A stretch of 64,000 nt of DNA from an uncultured Eisenbergiella sp. (GTDB lineage Bacteria > Bacillota > Clostridia > Lachnospirales > Lachnospiraceae). The notes beneath the pieces were generated by a model. It saw only the letters and a program-made list of their open reading frames with translations, was not told the origin of the DNA and searched no databases. Below, piece by piece: positions 58,643-64,000 of the stretch. The DNA is taken from positions 6,250 to 70,249 of the forward strand of contig CANQVD010000018.1 of assembly GCA_947627215.1 (NCBI GenBank). The letters are read 5' to 3'. Made by a program: the position numbers and the translations under genes. The first letter of the stretch is position 1. Each line of letters starts with the position of its first letter.

Positions 58643-59545
58643 TCACGCCGAACCTGCTCCGGCCTGGCGCAGCATTTTCTCCAGCCTTCCGGCCGCCGCG
58701 CTGAGGGAAAAATCCGGGTGCCTGACGGAGCATATTTTCCTAGAGGGAAGCGGTTCCTCCAGATGCAGGGTGCAGACGGAGCCTTCCTTCCCCGTGACCT
58801 TCAGCAGATCCTCCGGGATGAAGCCGATCCCCAGATCGTTTTCCACCAGAAGCAGGATCTGATCGATGGTCGCAGCCTCCACGCTGGGCGCGAAGAGCAG
58901 ATCCTTTTTCAGGAACAGCCCAGCATAGAACCCGTAGGTCATCGTCTGTTCGCCCAGGCAAACCAGCGGATAAGTTGCCAACTCTGCCAGGGACAGCGTG
59001 CGCTTTGTCAACTCCGCATACGCCCTCCCGCACACCGCGATCTCGGGGATCTCCTTCAATGTGACGCATGACAGCTCCGAAAAGCCTTCCGCCTGCGTCG
59101 TTACGACCGCCAGATCCACCAGCCCGTTCTTCAGCGCGGAAACGGCCTGCGGCGTCGTGTAGTTGTGCAGCCGGATGTGGATTCCCGGATAAAGCCTGTG
59201 ATACTCCGCCAGGACCGGCAGAAGAAAGCAGTATACCGCGATCTCGCTGGCCCCGATGGAGACCGTTCCCTGCTGCAGCGTACGCACGGAGGCCATCTCC
59301 TCCTCCCCTGCCTGGATGTGGGCGAAGGCAATACGGATATGCTCATAGAGCTTCTCCCCTTCCGGCGTCAGCAGAACGCCGTGCCGCGATCGAAAAAACA
59401 GGGGACAGCCCAATTCCTTTTCCAGATTCTTGACTGCACGGGTGATATTCGGCTGATTGTTGTGCAGGACGGAAGCCGCCTGCGTAATGCTCCGGCATTT
59501 TGCAACATAATAAAAGATCTTATAATGGTCGTAGCTGATATTCAC
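58643..59545 (-). CDS. LysR-family transcriptional regulator
   Basis: HTH 'SITQAASVLHNNQPNITRAVKNLEKELG..LF.R'; start GTG 59545 or ATG 59575. Confidence 0.92.
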   Translation of the reverse strand: MNISYDHYKIFYYVAKCRSITQAASVLHNNQPNITRAVKNLEKELGCPLFFRSRHGVLLTPEGEKLYEHIRIAFAHIQAGEEEMASVRTLQQGTVSIGASEIAVYCFLLPVLAEYHRLYPGIHIRLHNYTTPQAVSALKNGLVDLAVVTTQAEGFSELSCVTLKEIPEIAVCGRAYAELTKRTLSLAELATYPLVCLGEQTMTYGFYAGLFLKKDLLFAPSVEAATIDQILLLVENDLGIGFIPEDLLKVTGKEGSVCTLHLEEPLPSRKICSVRHPDFSLSAAAGRLEKMLRQAGAGSA

Positions 59546-59705
59546 GCTTTTTCCGCCGTTCCATATCAAATTCATATGTATCGGATATCAAATCCGCATT
59601 TTACACATGGCACAAAGGCTATTATAGTAGGTGCGGTAAGAAAAAGCAAGAGCGGACATATCCCTGCGCCCGCTTCCAGGCTTTGGAAAGAGAGACCCTA
59701 TCCTT

Positions 59706-61052
59706 ATGATCCAAGATCTGACCACCGGGAAGCCGGAAACCGTGCTGTGGCGATTCTGTCTACCGCTCTTCGGAAGCATTCTGTTCCAGCAGCTCTACAA
59801 TATCGCGGACAGTTGGGTCGCGGGAAGATTCATCGGAGAAAACGCGCTGGCCGCGGTGGGGAACAGCTATGAGATCACCCTGATCTTCCTCGCCTTCGCG
59901 TTTGGCTGCAACATCGGCTGCTCCGTCACCGTATCGCAGTATTTCGGCGCGAAGGAATACGGGAGGCTGAAGACCGCCGTCTATACGGCATCCCTCTCCA
60001 GCGCCCTCCTCTGCGCCGTCCTGATGCTGACCGGCATCGTCTGCTGCGGCTCGCTCCTGGAACTCATCCGGACCCCCGGCGGGATCTTCGCGGACTCGAA
60101 GCGGTATCTGGATATCTATATCTGGGGACTGCCGTTCGTATTCTTTTACAACATCGCCACCGGGATCTTCTCGGCGTGCGGGGACTCGAAAACGCCGTTC
60201 CTCTTTCTGGCCGTTTCCTCCACCGCCAATATCGCGGCCGACATCCTGTTCGTCAAATGCTTTCACATGGGCGTGGCCGGTGTCGCGTGGGCGACCTTCC
60301 TGTGCCAGGGCGTCAGTTGTGCGCTGGCCGTGACGGCGGTGCTGCGCCGCCTGAGAACCTTCCGGACCAAGGGCGCGGTTCCCTTCTTTTCCGTCCCGCT
60401 CCTGAAAAAGTTCGTCATGATCGCTGTGCCCAGCATTCTGCAGCAGAGCTTCATTTCGGCGGGAAATATCATTATCCAGGGCGTCATCAACGGCTTCGGT
60501 CCCTCGGTAATGGCAGGCTATTCCGCCGCGGTGAAGCTGAACAACCTCATGATCACCTCTCTGACGACGCTGGGGAACGGCATCTCCAACTATACGGCCC
60601 AGAACCTCGGAGCCGGAAAGCTTTCCCGCATCCGGGCCGGCTTTTTCAGCGGGCTCAAACTGGTCTGGCTCCTGTGCCTGCCGGTCTGTCTGCTGTACTG
60701 CTTCGGCGGCGCTCGTCTGCTCCGCTTTTTCATCGATCAGCCCACCGCCGGGGCCATCCGCACCGGCGTCGCCTTTCTGCGGATCCTCTCTCCCTTTTAT
60801 TTCATCGTCTCCGCGAAGCTGGCGGCTGACGGCGTCCTGCGCGGTGCAGGCATGATGAAGCAGTTCATGATCGCCACCTTTTCCGATCTGATCCTCCGGG
60901 TCGTTCTGGCGGTCATTCTGTCCGAAACGGTGCTGGGCGCCACGGGGATCTGGTGCGCATGGCCCGTGGGGTGGAGCATCGGAGCGGTCCTCTCCCTGCT
61001 GTTTTACCGATCCGGAAGGTGGGGAAGGAAGAGCCTGCCTGCGGATTTCTGA
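59706..61052 (+). CDS. MATE family efflux transporter
   Basis: 'QQLYNIAD', 'ALAAVG', 'GDSKTP', about 12 TM segments. Confidence 0.92.
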   Translation: MIQDLTTGKPETVLWRFCLPLFGSILFQQLYNIADSWVAGRFIGENALAAVGNSYEITLIFLAFAFGCNIGCSVTVSQYFGAKEYGRLKTAVYTASLSSALLCAVLMLTGIVCCGSLLELIRTPGGIFADSKRYLDIYIWGLPFVFFYNIATGIFSACGDSKTPFLFLAVSSTANIAADILFVKCFHMGVAGVAWATFLCQGVSCALAVTAVLRRLRTFRTKGAVPFFSVPLLKKFVMIAVPSILQQSFISAGNIIIQGVINGFGPSVMAGYSAAVKLNNLMITSLTTLGNGISNYTAQNLGAGKLSRIRAGFFSGLKLVWLLCLPVCLLYCFGGARLLRFFIDQPTAGAIRTGVAFLRILSPFYFIVSAKLAADGVLRGAGMMKQFMIATFSDLILRVVLAVILSETVLGATGIWCAWPVGWSIGAVLSLLFYRSGRWGRKSLPADF

Positions 61053-61072
61053 AATGGAACCGGCGGCGCGGA

Positions 61073-62578
61073 TCACGCCTCCCGCGCGTGGATCGTATGC
61101 CTGGCGCTGAGCTGCTTCCATTTTCCGGAATGATACCGCAGCCCCATCAGGAGGGTGCGCGTACACTGGTCGGCCACCAGCGCGATCCAGGCGCCCCAGA
61201 GGCCGAAATGGAATACGCTGACCAGCAGGATACAGAGAACGGTCCGCAGGCCCAGCACGGTGACCGCCGTCACCACCGCCGCGAAGCGGGTATCCCCCGC
61301 GCCCCGCAGGCCGCCCGAGACAATGAACTGATCGGCCTGAAAGGGCTGGCTGAAGGCCAGCAGCACCAGGATGGGCGCGCCCAGGGCGATGATCTCCTCG
61401 GAATTCTTGAACAGGCTGATGATCTGCCGGTTGAAACAGATCATCAAAAACATCAGCACAAAGGAAGCGGCGATTCCCACATTTCGGGTCAGGCGCATGT
61501 AGACGGCGGACATATCGTACCGCCGCTTCCCGATGGACTGTCCCATGAGCGTGGTGGCCGCATTGGCGAAGGCCTGCCCCATCATGAAGCTCATGGCCTG
61601 AATGCTCATGCAGACCTGATGGGTGGCGTAGATGGTATCGCCCAGCCCGGTGACCTGTCTGGTATAGATGATGATGCCGGCGCGCATGAAAAGCTGCTCC
61701 ACCATGGACGGGATGCCGATGCTGACCACACGCCCCATCAGGTCCCGGTCAAACGCGAATTTCTCCCGAAGGTCCACATAGACATAATGCTTCTTCCCGA
61801 AGGCCACCCACATGGCGATAAAAAACGCCGTGGTCTGGCCGATGATCGTGGCCAGGGAAGCGCCCGCCACCCCCATCTTGGGCACGCCGAAATGGCCGTA
61901 GATCATGATATAGTTGAAGATCAGGTTGACGACATTGGCGACCGTGTTGTAGATCATGGGCGTCCTGGTATCCCCGATGCCCCGCAGCGCCGCGGTCACG
62001 GTGATGCCCAGACACAGCGGCAGAAATCCGTAGAGCTGAATGTTCAGATAGGTGACGCCCAGCGCCAGCGTTTCCTCGCTGATGCCCGTTCCGCCCATGA
62101 AGCGGATCAGTTCCTCGCTGAAAACAAGGCCCAGCGCCATGAACAAAAGCGACATGACGCAGTTGAGGATCAGCGCGTGTTTGAAGACCAGATTGGACTT
62201 GTCCCGGTTCTGCTGTCCCCGAAACCGGGCGATCATGGCCGTCGCGCCCACGTTCATCGCCTGGATCATGGTCATCAGCAAAAATTTGGGCTGCGCCGCC
62301 AGCCCTACCGCGGCCAGCGCCGTGATGCCCTCCTGTCCGGGCAGATGGCCCACCATGATCTGATCCGCTATGCTGGTCAACTGGGTCAGCACCATCTCCA
62401 CCAGGCTGGGCCAGGCGATCAGCACGATATCCCGATACAGTCTCTTCGGGGACACGCCCTCCGGGATCCGGATCCGCTCCACGCGCCCGGACATCTCCTT
62501 CTGGCTCAGTTCTCCGTAGGGCAGATCGTCCAGTACCGTATAAACTGTCTTTCCCTCCGGCCTGCCGCTTCCTTCCAT
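61073..62578 (-). CDS. MATE family efflux transporter
   Basis: 'ALAAVG', 'GDTRTP', 'GGLRGAGD'; start re-called at MEGSGR. Confidence 0.88.
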   Translation of the reverse strand: MEGSGRPEGKTVYTVLDDLPYGELSQKEMSGRVERIRIPEGVSPKRLYRDIVLIAWPSLVEMVLTQLTSIADQIMVGHLPGQEGITALAAVGLAAQPKFLLMTMIQAMNVGATAMIARFRGQQNRDKSNLVFKHALILNCVMSLLFMALGLVFSEELIRFMGGTGISEETLALGVTYLNIQLYGFLPLCLGITVTAALRGIGDTRTPMIYNTVANVVNLIFNYIMIYGHFGVPKMGVAGASLATIIGQTTAFFIAMWVAFGKKHYVYVDLREKFAFDRDLMGRVVSIGIPSMVEQLFMRAGIIIYTRQVTGLGDTIYATHQVCMSIQAMSFMMGQAFANAATTLMGQSIGKRRYDMSAVYMRLTRNVGIAASFVLMFLMICFNRQIISLFKNSEEIIALGAPILVLLAFSQPFQADQFIVSGGLRGAGDTRFAAVVTAVTVLGLRTVLCILLVSVFHFGLWGAWIALVADQCTRTLLMGLRYHSGKWKQLSARHTIHAREA

Positions 62579-62892
62579 ACCGTTTTCTCTCCTGTTTATC
62601 GTATATTTCCCCCTTTTATGAAGTTTACCATCTTCCGAAATCAGTGACAACCGATTATCGGTCCGAAATCTTCATTTTCGACCAAAATTGTATCTTTCCC
62701 GCCGGAAACGGAAAAAATAGTGGAAAAATGCGAAAAGTTCCTGTAAAATATGTTGCGGTGCCTTTCGCGGCGATAAGTACGAGCCCTGTTTTACAGGAGG
62801 CCCGCAGACGGCCCTGAACTTCGGCCTCCACACCTCCCGGTGTGACCGGTCAGCTTCCGCATTGGCGGAAAGTCATTACAAAGGTGAACCAT

Positions 62893-64000
62893 ATGAATAT
62901 TTTTAATCTGATCACGCTGCTGGGCGGTCTGGCCATGTTCCTCTTCGGCATGCGCATCATGGGCGACGGCCTGAAGGAAAGCTCCTCCGGCCCCTTGAAA
63001 ACGGCGCTGGAAAAGCTCACCAATACGCCGGTCAAGGCGTTTCTGCTGGGACTTTTGATGACGGCGGTCATCCAGTCCTCCACGGCTACCATCGTCATCA
63101 CCTCCGGTCTGGTGGGAGCGGGCATCATTTCCCTGCACCAGTCCCTGGGCATCATCATCGGCGCCAACGTGGGCACCACCGTCACCGGGCAGATCATCCG
63201 TCTGCTGGACCTGGATGCCTCCGGCACCTCTTTTCTGCAGTTTTTCAGGCCCTCCACCCTGGCCCCGCTGGCCCTGATCGCCGGCATCATCATTATCATG
63301 AGCATGAAATCCGAAAACTCCGGAAAGGTGGGGCAGATCATCATCGGCTTCGGCATCCTGTTTTCCGGCCTTCTGAACATGACCGGCGCGGTGAGCACGC
63401 TGACGGAAAGCGGCATCATCGAACGGCTTTTCTCCAACCTGGGAAAAAATCCCGTGCTTGGCTATCTCATCGGCGCGGGCGTAGCCTTCGTCCTGCAGAG
63501 CTCTTCCGCCACCATCGGCATTCTGCAGGCCTTTTCCACGTCCGGCCAACTGACCTTCGGCGCGATCTATGCCGTGCTGGTGGGCATCTACCTGGGAGAC
63601 TGCGTCACCACCGCCATCGTCTGCAACATCGGCGCCAGGCCCGACGCCAAACGGGTGGGCATCGTCAATATCCTGTTCAACTTAAGCGAAACCGTGGCGA
63701 TCCTGACCGTCGTCACCGTCGTCCACAAAATGGGACTGCTGGACGGGCTCTGGAGCCGGGTGATCCACTCCGGCGGCATCGCCAACACCAACACGATCTT
63801 CAACCTGTCCTGCGCGATCCTGCTGTTCCCCCTGCTGAACCTGTATGAAAAACAGAGCCGCCGGCTGGTAAAGGATGAACCGGCCGCCGCCGAAGGACAC
63901 GACGAGCTGCTGGACGCCTTAAGCCCCGTTTTTTTCAACACGCCGGCCCTGGCTTTCGGCCGCTGCTATGACGCGCTGCTGGTCATGTTTCAGACCGCCC
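62893..64000 (+). CDS. Na+/Pi cotransporter family protein (partial, runs off the window)
   Basis: Read by hand from ATG 62893: MNIFNLITLLGGLAMFLFGM...IQSSTAT...GANVGTT; frame open to the window end. Confidence 0.9.
   Translation, partial: MNIFNLITLLGGLAMFLFGMRIMGDGLKESSSGPLKTALEKLTNTPVKAFLLGLLMTAVIQSSTATIVITSGLVGAGIISLHQSLGIIIGANVGTTVTGQIIRLLDLDASGTSFLQFFRPSTLAPLALIAGIIIIMSMKSENSGKVGQIIIGFGILFSGLLNMTGAVSTLTESGIIERLFSNLGKNPVLGYLIGAGVAFVLQSSSATIGILQAFSTSGQLTFGAIYAVLVGIYLGDCVTTAIVCNIGARPDAKRVGIVNILFNLSETVAILTVVTVVHKMGLLDGLWSRVIHSGGIANTNTIFNLSCAILLFPLLNLYEKQSRRLVKDEPAAAEGHDELLDALSPVFFNTPALAFGRCYDALLVMFQTA

Overview
A 64-kb window of GC-rich Firmicute chromosome. Gene content (GerA-family, DUF1292, DUF5662, Lpl-type ABC systems) suggests Lachnospiraceae or a related Clostridia lineage. 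It contains housekeeping genes (UvrD/PcrA-like helicase, gltX, feoAB) and a maltodextrin/glycogen locus (LacI, MalEFG-like ABC, pullulanase, MalQ, amylo-1,6-glucosidase). A ~19-kb glycan locus holds an oxidoreductase, a GH38-like enzyme, two GH29s, a transglutaminase-fold protein, a GH18, a CBM9-like protein, an ABC importer, a LacI regulator and a glycyl radical enzyme with its activase. Transporters and regulators fill the right end. I found no CRISPR array, rRNA, tRNA, transposase or integrase. Best leads: (1) an AT-rich insert with a solo PemK/MazF-fold toxin preceded by a ~150-nt repeat/hairpin RNA and a terminator, i.e. type III-like RNA-antitoxin architecture; (2) a cytoplasmic transglutaminase-fold protein with an NGLY1/PNGase-like active-site motif inside a putative N-glycopeptide catabolic locus; (3) an unassigned glycyl radical enzyme sharing a palindromic motif with that locus; (4) a GlgX homologue lacking all three catalytic residues; (5) a GT-C glycosyltransferase frameshifted at an A7 tract. 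All family calls come from motif recognition by eye; no database searches were run.
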